A stretch of DNA of 43,650 nt from Deltaproteobacteria bacterium UBA2957 (GTDB lineage: Bacteria > Myxococcota_A > UBA796): assembly GCA_002348535.1 (NCBI GenBank), contig DEBL01000396.1:1-43650 (forward strand), in the 5' to 3' direction. The notes under the pieces were generated by a model. It made no database searches, had not been told where the DNA came from, and saw only the letters and a program-made list of their open reading frames with translations. Position 1 is the stretch's first letter. Each line of letters opens with the position of its first letter. Position numbers and translations under genes: made by a program. This document shows, one piece after another, positions 35,321 through 43,649 of this stretch.

Positions 35321-36546
35321 TGATCGATGACCCGGCGCACGTAGTCTCGCTTGTCCGTATAGGAACCCGGAAAAAAGCTTCGCTTAAACCCGTAGATAAT
35401 CGTGTTGCGAAGCTGGTGGTGGTCCATGTTGAACGCGTCCACAGCCAATCGAATCTCGTTGGATACTGTGGTGTGCGAGTGAAGGCGATTGTCCGTGCAC
35501 AGGGTCGCACTCAATCGGGCTCCGAGCATCTTTCCGAAATGGTGATTTTTCACTTCACCGATGGCAGGGTTGGTCTGAAGGTTGGAGGTGATGCACACCT
35601 CAATGGTGACCCGCCGGTCCGCAATATAGCGGGCAAGCCGGCCCACATAATCGTCCGGGCTCGCCACTTTGGGCCCGCAGAGTTCGGGGCTGAACAGGTG
35701 ATAGCCATGACCGATGCGGTCCGCATGCAACTCGGTGATGGCCTCAAAAATCGACTCCGGGCCGTACGCCTCCCCGGCGTGGACCGTCTTCTTCAAAAAG
35801 TGGCGGTGAACATACTGGTAGGCTTCCACGTGGTCTCGCGCCGGATACCCATGTTCTTGTCCCGCGAGGTCGAAAGCCACAATCGGCATGTCGAGTTCGT
35901 CGCGGCATCGCACTGCCGAACGCGCCAACTCAAGACTGGCCATGCGGTAAATCTGCTTCTTCGGAGCGTCCGAAAACTGCTGGAACAGCCGTCCGTACCA
36001 CCGACTGCTGGAATCATCAAAGCGACGCAAGGAACAGACAATGATGCCAAACCGAAACGGAGGCTCGCCATTGACCTGAACTGCATCAGACTGCTCATGC
36101 TCGATTCGCGCCCGATCCAGTCCCCGCGTCACCGCCGCGAGCACATCGTCAAACCCAAGACCGTCGTGCATGTGAAGGTGTGGCGCGAACCGAACTTCGA
36201 CGTATCGAGTGCCTTCCTCGATGTTGTCGACTCCCAACTCATACGCGACGCGCTCCAATGCCTCTGCAGTTTGCAGCACAGCAACCGTGTACTGAAAGCC
36301 GGCAAGGTATTCCACCAGTGAATTGTAGGTTTTTTTAAACACAAGGTCTGTGAGTCCGTCGGGCGTCCACGTCGGTAGGTCTACCCCCTGCGACCGCGCC
36401 AACTCAATGAGGGTAGGAATCCGAATTGATCCATCCAAGTGCACGTGGAGGTCGGTTTTCGGAAGGGCTCGAATGAAGGAATCGCTAATCATTGGGTGTG
36501 TCCGTATTTCCATCAATAGCACACGTGAATCGATTGGCGATCTCAC
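35269..36546 (-). CDS. adenosine/adenine deaminase family protein (long form)
   Basis: Motifs present: LPKTDLHVHLDGSIR, VEVRFAP, VAFDLAG.E, HAGEAYGPESI, RIGHGYH, IEVCITSNLQT, TLCTDN. The start is uncertain (GTG 36546, ATG 36513 or ATG 36492). The antisense 464-aa ORF (34927-36321) has no recognisable motifs. Confidence 0.8.
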   Translation of the reverse strand: MRSPIDSRVLLMEIRTHPMISDSFIRALPKTDLHVHLDGSIRIPTLIELARSQGVDLPTWTPDGLTDLVFKKTYNSLVEYLAGFQYTVAVLQTAEALERVAYELGVDNIEEGTRYVEVRFAPHLHMHDGLGFDDVLAAVTRGLDRARIEHEQSDAVQVNGEPPFRFGIIVCSLRRFDDSSSRWYGRLFQQFSDAPKKQIYRMASLELARSAVRCRDELDMPIVAFDLAGQEHGYPARDHVEAYQYVHRHFLKKTVHAGEAYGPESIFEAITELHADRIGHGYHLFSPELCGPKVASPDDYVGRLARYIADRRVTIEVCITSNLQTNPAIGEVKNHHFGKMLGARLSATLCTDNRLHSHTTVSNEIRLAVDAFNMDHHQLRNTIIYGFKRSFFPGSYTDKRDYVRRVIDHYDRVVREDEESNRNRM

Positions 36547-36604
36547 CTAAGAGTTGACCCCAGAAAATCTCTTGTTAGGCGTGGTCCAAGACGGAGGTTT
36601 TGCC

Positions 36605-36976
36605 ATGATCGAGTTGCCAGGATCCCTCAGAGATGTACTCGTTGAGCGCATTGATGAAGAGATCGATGCACACGGTGCTTCAACGCCAGAGCAATGGGTT
36701 GAAGCCGTGCTGGTTGGATTGGATGCTGCAGCCGAAGAACTGGACGAAGATCTGGGCGAAAACCTCGTGAAGAACCTAGAGGAATCCGGCGAACTGGAGC
36801 AAAGCCTCAGCGATGAACTCGAAGAACAGTTTGAAGACCTCGACGACGGATCGGGGGAGGATCTGGTGCGCATCTTGGACGGGGTCTGCGAGATTGCTTG
36901 GGTCAACGAAGACGGTGACGAAGAGATCGCAAAAGGTTTCATGGAGTCGGACGGCTACGAAGACGAGGAATATTGA
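36605..36976 (+). CDS. hyper-acidic small cytoplasmic protein (123 aa), possible N-terminal ribbon-helix-helix-like segment
   Basis: ATG 36605 is preceded by GGAGG (36593-36597). By hand count, about 43 of 123 residues are D/E against 5 K/R. No signal peptide. It ends ...ESDGYEDEEY. The stop overlaps the TTG start of the next gene (TTGA at 36973-36976). Confidence 0.6.
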   Translation: MIELPGSLRDVLVERIDEEIDAHGASTPEQWVEAVLVGLDAAAEELDEDLGENLVKNLEESGELEQSLSDELEEQFEDLDDGSGEDLVRILDGVCEIAWVNEDGDEEIAKGFMESDGYEDEEY

Positions 36977-38655
36977 GTCCCGCGCTCAGCACATGGGTGT
37001 TGCTGGTCGCATTCTTTCCAGTGAACGCACAGACCGCCGCGCCCCCCTTGGTGGATACTGTCGCCACGGAGCTGGAACGCATTCAGAGCCATCTCTCAAC
37101 AGAGGATGACCCACCGCACTGGATGGCTGTTGGGGTCACCACGACCGAATCCGTGAGCTTCAGTGCTTCAAATGGCGTCACGACGGAGCCGTATCGGTCC
37201 CGCAGTCGGCTGGCAGACATCGATGTCCGTGTGGGGACTCCTGCACTCGACAGCACGCACAAGATACGCGATGCGGGCTGGTTTGATGATGACGGGCGCG
37301 AAGCCATCTCCTTGCCGCTGAACGACGCCGACGGCGACGCCATTCGCAAGGCCATCTGGAGAGGGGCCGATGACGCCTATCGGCACGCGCGAAAGCGCCT
37401 CCTTAAGGTCAAGAACAACCTCGCGGTGAAGGTGGCCTCCGAGGACCGATCGGGTGATTTCTCACCCAGCGAGGCGGTCCAATTCATGGCCTCAGCCACT
37501 GCTATGGAAGTGGATGAAGACGCGCTGCGCATCCAACTTCGCGACGCTTCGCGACGCTTTTTGGCATCGGAAGTCATTGAAGACAGCAACATCAGCATCA
37601 ATGCAGTCCAGTCGGAGCGCATCATTGTGACCACCGAGGGCACTCGTCTTCGCCTTCCTCGATCTGCGATTCGGTTGGGTGTGTGGGCCCGGACAACTGC
37701 ACCAGACGGGATGGACATCAATGTCTACGAATCCGTTGATGTGACTCACTCTACGGATCTGCCCGCTGAGGCCGCTCTCGGTACCATGGTGAGCGAGGTC
37801 ATAGCGCGGGTCGAGGCGCTCGCGGCTGCTCCCGTCGTCGAGCCTACTGCGGCTCCGGCAATCCTGCGCGGCCGGGCCGCAGCGGTATTCTTCCATGAGG
37901 TGCTGGGTCACCGAATCGAAGGGCATCGGCAAAAGGATGACGATGAAGGGAAGACCTTCACCGACAAGGTGGGGCAACCCATTCTGCCTTCTTTCATCAG
38001 CGTCATCGACGACCCGACTGCCACCCACAACGGCGGAGTGGTGCTAAACGGTCACTACACTCATGACGACGAAGGTGTGCCCTCGCAAGCCACCGTCATC
38101 GTGGACAAAGGGGTCTTGACCGACTTCTTGACCAGCCGGTCGCCCATTGAAGCAACCCCCCGCTCCAACGGACACGGCCGGAGGCAGGTGGGCAATGCGG
38201 TAGTGGCACGGCAAGGGAATCTGATGGTTCGAGCCCACCGTTCCGTCTCGTATGCCTCACTTCGTCGTGCGCTTCTCGCTGAACTGCGACGGCAAGGCAA
38301 ACCGTTCGGATTCATTGTCGATGACATCACGGGCGGCTTCACCTTCACCGGGCGAGTCACGCCCAATGCGTTCGCGGTCCAGACCGTGGGCATCCATCGA
38401 GTCTGGGCGGACGGAACCCCCGATGAACTGATGCGGGGTGCGGACTTGATCGGCACTCCATTGACCACGTTCAACCAAATCATTGCTGCATCCGACACCG
38501 AATCAGTGTTCAACGGATCGTGCGGTGCAGAGTCTGGCTGGGTTCCCGTATCTGCAACCGCACCCGACCTTCTCATCCGCGAGATCGAGGTCCAACGCAG
38601 CGAAAAACAGCACGACCGTCCGCCCATCCTTCCGGCACCCAAGGTGAGTCCATGA
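36973..38655 (+). CDS. tldD: TldD-like metallopeptidase (TldD/PmbA family) with N-terminal signal peptide
   Basis: HExxxH site FFHEVLGHRIEGHRQ. Also HYTHDDEGVP, VDKGVL.DFL.SR, SNGHGRR, GNLMV. Hydrophobic N-terminus STWVLLVAFFPVNA/QT. The start is TTG 36973 or GTG 36997. Confidence 0.8.
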   Translation: MSPALSTWVLLVAFFPVNAQTAAPPLVDTVATELERIQSHLSTEDDPPHWMAVGVTTTESVSFSASNGVTTEPYRSRSRLADIDVRVGTPALDSTHKIRDAGWFDDDGREAISLPLNDADGDAIRKAIWRGADDAYRHARKRLLKVKNNLAVKVASEDRSGDFSPSEAVQFMASATAMEVDEDALRIQLRDASRRFLASEVIEDSNISINAVQSERIIVTTEGTRLRLPRSAIRLGVWARTTAPDGMDINVYESVDVTHSTDLPAEAALGTMVSEVIARVEALAAAPVVEPTAAPAILRGRAAAVFFHEVLGHRIEGHRQKDDDEGKTFTDKVGQPILPSFISVIDDPTATHNGGVVLNGHYTHDDEGVPSQATVIVDKGVLTDFLTSRSPIEATPRSNGHGRRQVGNAVVARQGNLMVRAHRSVSYASLRRALLAELRRQGKPFGFIVDDITGGFTFTGRVTPNAFAVQTVGIHRVWADGTPDELMRGADLIGTPLTTFNQIIAASDTESVFNGSCGAESGWVPVSATAPDLLIREIEVQRSEKQHDRPPILPAPKVSP

Positions 38656-40382
38656 TTGGCTTGGCACTGCTCTCATTGTCCGCCATGGCGTTCAATGCTG
38701 ACTCGTACGAAGCCGCGCTGACCGCGGAAATACAACGAGCAATGGACAACTTGGTGCTCCCCGGACAAGAGCGACCGCATCACATCACGGTGACCGTTGC
38801 CACCGGATCCTATACGACCATTCGCGCGCAGGATGGAGCCGTGATCGACAGCACAAGTGCGCCCAGCCGTGATCTTCGTGTCGACGTTCGTGTCGGCGAT
38901 GCCACGCTGGATAATGGAAACTTTCTTCCATCAATGGGCATTCCCGACGGCATCACTTCGCGGCAGCTTGCCGATGAACATTCTCCGATCAGCCTGCGTC
39001 GTGATGTGTGGCTCGCCCTCGACGCAGCCTACAAAGGCGCCACTCAGACCTACGCTGCAAAAACCGCAGCACGCCGCGGTCGACAAGGACCCTTCGCAGC
39101 CGACCTTGGGCCAATCAACACCCCCACCCGCTTGCCGTTTACCGCACCGAGAGTGCCCGATGATGACCGACTGAATGCGGTCGTCCAGACGCTCGCGAAA
39201 GCCAGCGCAGCTCCCGCGCACCTTGAATCCAGTGCGGTTTCCGCGAGCGACTGGGCGGGTTCGGGATTGGTCATGTCGACCGAAGGCACGGCAGCGTGGA
39301 TCCCAACCAGTTCGGTGGTCGTTCGCGTTGAAATGGCGACACGCGCCAATGACGGATCACGGCTCCGAAACACGCGATCGTGGGTGGCGCAATCTCCGAA
39401 ACAACTCCCGGACGTTTCGGTCCTCGAAGCTGAAATAGCTGCGGCGAGCTCTTGGCTTGAACGGCTTCGTTCTGCACCCGTCGAAGACGACTACTTGGGA
39501 CCCGTATTCTTCGAGTCGCCCGCTGCAGCAGAGTTGTTCCGCCAGCTGCTCCACACCGAGATCACCGGAACGCCCCCGTGGGAACACGCTCCTGAGTCAG
39601 CCGATGACAACGCGAGGCCCATCCCTGTGGCACGCATCGGAAGGAGACTGTTGCCGACCGGATGGAGCGTCGTCGACGATGCGTCCTCGGATCCGGGGCT
39701 GGCCAGCCATCAGACCCACGACTACGAGGCGGTGCCAACGAGGCGGGTGACCGTTGTCTCCGATGGAATTCTTCGCGATGTCCTGATGAGTCGCGTACCG
39801 CGACTCGACCGCGACACCAGCACTGGACACGGTCGATCGAGCGGTCACAATCGCCGCGTCGCCATGCCCACACAAGTTTACGTTGACCCAAAACGCGGAG
39901 TGGGCATTCGGCGGCTCAAACGCGTGGCACTCCGACACGCAAAAAGCGCAGGTCTGCCCTATGTCTTGGTGGTCCGCCGGCTCCTCCCACCCGCGTTGTC
40001 GGATGATATGGAGTTTGCCTTCACAGGCGACGCTCCATTGGCCGGTCTGACTGCGCCGACCGAGGCGTACCGGCTTTACCCCGATGGGCGCACCGAACCG
40101 GTCAGGGGACTTCGGTTTTCCGGCGTCGATCGACGGGCTCTCCGCGACATTGTCGCTGCCTCCAGCCGGAACGAACCGGTAGAGATGAAGGACTCTGCCG
40201 ACTCTTCCAGTCGGTTCTCCATTCACGCCCTTGGGGGGCACCCAGTGAGCTGGTCAGTGCCCGCTGTTGTGATCGGTGAGATGGAACTGAGAGGATCGGG
40301 CGGCGGCGAACGACGAGTCGTCCCGGCACCTTCGATGGAGTCCGCCTCCTCAGTCCTCAACGGGAGCGTCAGCCCCTTCTGA
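38652..40382 (+). CDS. pmbA: PmbA/TldE-like (TldD/PmbA family, no HExxxH) protein with signal peptide
   Basis: ATG 38652 overlaps the tldD-like stop (ATGA). Signal peptide MIGLALLSLSAMA/FN. Family-like blocks THDYEAVPTRRV.VVSDGIL.D.LMSR and STGHGR. I saw no HExxxH, consistent with the non-catalytic partner. Confidence 0.7.
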   Translation: MIGLALLSLSAMAFNADSYEAALTAEIQRAMDNLVLPGQERPHHITVTVATGSYTTIRAQDGAVIDSTSAPSRDLRVDVRVGDATLDNGNFLPSMGIPDGITSRQLADEHSPISLRRDVWLALDAAYKGATQTYAAKTAARRGRQGPFAADLGPINTPTRLPFTAPRVPDDDRLNAVVQTLAKASAAPAHLESSAVSASDWAGSGLVMSTEGTAAWIPTSSVVVRVEMATRANDGSRLRNTRSWVAQSPKQLPDVSVLEAEIAAASSWLERLRSAPVEDDYLGPVFFESPAAAELFRQLLHTEITGTPPWEHAPESADDNARPIPVARIGRRLLPTGWSVVDDASSDPGLASHQTHDYEAVPTRRVTVVSDGILRDVLMSRVPRLDRDTSTGHGRSSGHNRRVAMPTQVYVDPKRGVGIRRLKRVALRHAKSAGLPYVLVVRRLLPPALSDDMEFAFTGDAPLAGLTAPTEAYRLYPDGRTEPVRGLRFSGVDRRALRDIVAASSRNEPVEMKDSADSSSRFSIHALGGHPVSWSVPAVVIGEMELRGSGGGERRVVPAPSMESASSVLNGSVSPF

Positions 40383-41063
40383 TGGGGACGGCGCTTCACC
40401 GCGGTCCCGTTCACCGGCCGCTGAACTCGGCATGGAGGCTGTGGTATCCCCCGGCGGGCTAACTTCACCTTGAGGCGATCCGATCCGAACGGGGGTGTCG
40501 CCCTCGCCGGGAAACACCAAGTCGATGCTCTCTTGGTCCGCATCGACAACACCCAGCGCAACGCCGGGAGCCAACTTATCGGTATCCTGCACAATCTTGC
40601 CGTCATTGTCGATGTCGCACAAGGCCGCCACTTGGATGTTCTTTCCGCTGGGTACGACCATCGAATACGGGCCTGCCGCTTCGGGGTTGATCGAGGCGAC
40701 CGGGCCGATCATCGGTCCTTGATCGGTGTGCTCAACGCCGACTTCGATCACATCAATTCGCAGCGAACCGCCATCGCAGATCCCAGTGATGGTTCCAGAA
40801 ATGTTCACGAGGGATTGACCGCTAGCCTTCAGTTCATCCTGCGTCGACTGAGGAACCACTTTGGATATGTCCAACAGCACCGTACCGCCGGGCGACAAAT
40901 CCATTGAGTCAGGGTCACCCTCGGGACCGCCGCGATTGGGTTGATTGGCTTGGTCGTCTTGACCGGCATCTCCGGACCCGGCGATCTGTGGGGGCGGGTC
41001 GGGGCAAGCCACCAACAGGGGCACCATCATCATCGAAAAAACAAAGGGGGTCTGTTTCAACAT
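40350..41063 (-). CDS. hypothetical lipoprotein with acidic/Gly-Pro linker and beta-rich domain
   Basis: ATG 41063. Lipobox VPLLVAC. A low-complexity linker, then SLRIDVIEV...GPYSMVVPSGKNIQVAALCDIDNDGKI (carboxypeptidase-regulatory-like feel). The 3' end overlaps the convergent pmbA-like gene by 33 nt. Confidence 0.6.
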   Translation of the reverse strand: MLKQTPFVFSMMMVPLLVACPDPPPQIAGSGDAGQDDQANQPNRGGPEGDPDSMDLSPGGTVLLDISKVVPQSTQDELKASGQSLVNISGTITGICDGGSLRIDVIEVGVEHTDQGPMIGPVASINPEAAGPYSMVVPSGKNIQVAALCDIDNDGKIVQDTDKLAPGVALGVVDADQESIDLVFPGEGDTPVRIGSPQGEVSPPGDTTASMPSSAAGERDRGEAPSPSEGADAPVED

Positions 41064-41106
41064 TGTCTCGCCTTAACAACACTCTTAGCGTTCGCCATAC
41101 AATACC

Positions 41107-43128
41107 TTAAAGGTTCGAAATACGGACGGCGACCCCATCCATTTCGACCACACCCGGAAGCCCCTTTGAGCGCGACTCGCGCACCAAACCCAAGCTCGGC
41201 GAACCTTCAAACAGCGGCAGGTCAATCACGTCCTCGCGAAGGCGATCATCCAGCACAACGGTGGCGGTGCAGCGACCAACATCGGTTTCAATGGTGACTC
41301 TCGAACCTTCCTCGAAGCCCATCGACGAATGAACTCGAGCCTCCAGTGTGGCGTCGGGACCGGAGGGGCGCGCTGTAATAAAGCGCTCTCGCAATTGCCC
41401 CGTACGGACCACCCGCTCCGGAACGTCTTCCATGCGGAACACCGAGAGCAGCGCTTCGATGGCCGGACCCACCAGAACGATGCGCTCGGTTTCCGTCGTA
41501 GGCCGCCACAACGAACGGTCACCCGTCCCGAGATAAAGTTGTCGCTCGCCCTCCCCATCGGTATCCGCTGGGCTGAACCAATGGCAGGCGTCCTCAACGA
41601 CCATGATCCATTCATCCGATGGCCGCGAAATCCAGTCCATCATGAACCGTTCTTCCCAAGCCTCTACGCTGGACCGAGCCAGATACTGAGCCGCGACCCG
41701 CCAATGGGACCCCCATACACTCTTCCGAAGACCGGGCCGGAGGGCACCGTACACCTCTGCCAGAATCTGTTCGACGGGCCGTGCAAGCGGCGCGGGCGGA
41801 TTCACGGGGGCCTGCCATGCGGTCTGTCCCTCCGCGTTCGAGTCCCCCTCGTGCAGTGCAAGAGCAGGCTCTTCCCAAGGATGCAGCGCTGGAAGCACCC
41901 AGTCTGCGAGTTGAGCTGTTTCATCCTCTCGGTGGCCGATGCAGATGAGCAAATCGAGTTGGTCGATCGCCGTACGGTTGGCCGCAGGATCGGGTAGGCG
42001 GCCCACCGGATTGCCGCACACCGAGATCACCGCACGGACGGGGCCCGAGACAATCTCGGGACGAAGCAGCGAGGCCGGCGCTTGCATCAGCACAAGCGGA
42101 TACGCTGTGGCCGCCGTTCGGGGCGCTTTGGTCGACTCCAGCTGGGTGAGAAGCGGGAACAGGTCCACCACCCCCTCAACCTCAAAAAGCCCACCGGGAC
42201 GCAAAATGTTGGCGGTCACGGCATGAAGAACAAGCCACGCCCACGCACCCAGCGCTCCCTCTCGATTCTGAAAGCTCTGGCGTGCAGGGTGCACCACCGA
42301 CATGGGCGACCGGGAAAACCGCAAGGCAACTCCGCTCAACTCGGCGGCCTCAATCCCGCAGCGCTGGGCAAACTCATCGACGGTCCAATCGGCCACGAGG
42401 GCCTGAAGTCGCTCAAAGTCATCGGTGTAGTCTCGAATGAACTGCTCATCGGTCCATCCTCGTTGCACCACGGCCGTCAGCATGCCCAGCATGAGGTAGG
42501 ACTCGCTTCCGGGCCGAATCGCGATGTGGCCATCCATCGAATCGGCGAGTGTCGTGCGTCGAGGATCGGCGACATACACCTTGGTCTTTTTCGTCTTGCG
42601 CGAGTGCTGGAGCCAAGCCTCATGACCCACCCCGGGACCGCAAGCCCCCCACCCGAGATCGACCTGCTCTCCGCTCAACAGCAGCACATAGTGGGCTCGG
42701 CTCAGGTCAGAAATCAAGGTCGCCGCATGACCCATTACCTGCTCAGTCGCCCACAACTGCGGGCCGTGGAACACATTTGATTCGGAAAAAATATGCGGTG
42801 TCCCAGCGCCCACACCAAACGCGAGCGCACGCACCAACGACCGGGCCTGCTGCTGGACCGGCTCTCCGATGTACACCCCAATTCCTTGCGGTCCTTGAGC
42901 GCTTCGGACGGCGCGCAACGCACTGCCCACTTCGGCGATGGCGGTCTCCCACGAAACGGGGGTGAGGGTACCGTTTACTCGCTTCATGGGTTCTGCGATT
43001 CGTTGCCCGTTGTGCATGTCCGCACCCAACTGCTGAGCATCGCGGTCCCCAAGCCGGTTTTCTTCGACGTGCGCAGCCAACCCGTACGAGGCGTTGGCGA
43101 TCCGATAATGGTTGGTCTGCGTGGTCAC
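41107..43128 (-). CDS. molybdopterin-oxidoreductase (MopB) superfamily homologue lacking the N-terminal Fe-S Cys motif
   Basis: Layout is MopB-like: ...PVSWETAIAEVGSALR...GIGVYIG, ...YVLLLSGEQ, KVYVADPRRT, ISVCGNP, and a C-terminal beta-barrel segment SRVTIETDVGRCTATVVLDD.LREDVIDLP. There is no Cys in the first ~160 aa. GTG start overlaps the upstream stop (GTGA at 43125-43128). Confidence 0.65.
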   Translation of the reverse strand: MTTQTNHYRIANASYGLAAHVEENRLGDRDAQQLGADMHNGQRIAEPMKRVNGTLTPVSWETAIAEVGSALRAVRSAQGPQGIGVYIGEPVQQQARSLVRALAFGVGAGTPHIFSESNVFHGPQLWATEQVMGHAATLISDLSRAHYVLLLSGEQVDLGWGACGPGVGHEAWLQHSRKTKKTKVYVADPRRTTLADSMDGHIAIRPGSESYLMLGMLTAVVQRGWTDEQFIRDYTDDFERLQALVADWTVDEFAQRCGIEAAELSGVALRFSRSPMSVVHPARQSFQNREGALGAWAWLVLHAVTANILRPGGLFEVEGVVDLFPLLTQLESTKAPRTAATAYPLVLMQAPASLLRPEIVSGPVRAVISVCGNPVGRLPDPAANRTAIDQLDLLICIGHREDETAQLADWVLPALHPWEEPALALHEGDSNAEGQTAWQAPVNPPAPLARPVEQILAEVYGALRPGLRKSVWGSHWRVAAQYLARSSVEAWEERFMMDWISRPSDEWIMVVEDACHWFSPADTDGEGERQLYLGTGDRSLWRPTTETERIVLVGPAIEALLSVFRMEDVPERVVRTGQLRERFITARPSGPDATLEARVHSSMGFEEGSRVTIETDVGRCTATVVLDDRLREDVIDLPLFEGSPSLGLVRESRSKGLPGVVEMDGVAVRISNL

Positions 43129-43649
43129 CTCTGCACCATAGCCTCGATGACGATTTCAAGAAACCGTTCCAAGTTCGGAAAGCCAGCACACTGACGGCGC
43201 AGAGCGGATGCAACCTCGGTCGAGCGCAGGTGGGGGATTGCGCAGCGGAGCACCGGTTCTGGGTCGGGACCCCACGCCGCAGCAACAACCGCGACAACAG
43301 GACTGTCGGGGTCCGTATGCAGGGTCGCGACCACCGCATGGCCGGCAGCGTCAAGGTGCCCATGCGCCGCCAACGCCGCTGCAGGCTCGGGGCGTCCGGT
43401 GGTGCGCGCCGCATCGATCAATCCTGGAAGGTGGCCTGCGGAGGCATGTGCCCAGCAGTTCTGCGCAAACGATGGATGGCCGGCGGTCGCGGCGAGGTGG
43501 ATCGCGCCGGCTTGTTGGCCCTCGACACGGCGAGACAGGGCAACCACCCACTGGGCGCCAGGGTGACGCCGGACTGCAGTCTCAAGCGCCTGACCGGCCG
43601 AATCGGGCACGACCTCGATCAACCGACGGTACAAAGCGCTCGGGGCAAC
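43125..43649 (-). CDS. hypothetical protein, 5' end outside window
   Basis: The frame is open to the window edge (the TTG at 43634 is only an internal candidate start). Ala/His-rich with no recognised motifs. Translationally coupled to the MopB-like gene. Confidence 0.4.
   Translation of the reverse strand, partial: VAPSALYRRLIEVVPDSAGQALETAVRRHPGAQWVVALSRRVEGQQAGAIHLAATAGHPSFAQNCWAHASAGHLPGLIDAARTTGRPEPAAALAAHGHLDAAGHAVVATLHTDPDSPVVAVVAAAWGPDPEPVLRCAIPHLRSTEVASALRRQCAGFPNLERFLEIVIEAMVQR

Noticed and set aside
34927-36321. A 464-aa plus-strand ORF overlapping the deaminase gene
   Set aside because: The minus strand has the full ordered set of adenosine-deaminase catalytic motifs. The plus-strand ORF would also overlap the ampG 3' end and shows no motifs.
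39597-42780. Antisense ORFs opposite the pmbA-like gene (39597-40241) and the MopB-like gene (41329-41997, 42082-42780)
   Set aside because: Same reasoning: the annotated strands carry family-consistent sequence, and these ORFs do not.
41107-43128. A possible selenocysteine (in-frame TGA) in the MopB-like gene
   Set aside because: The ORF is uninterrupted, and no in-frame TGA is needed to obtain a full-length protein.
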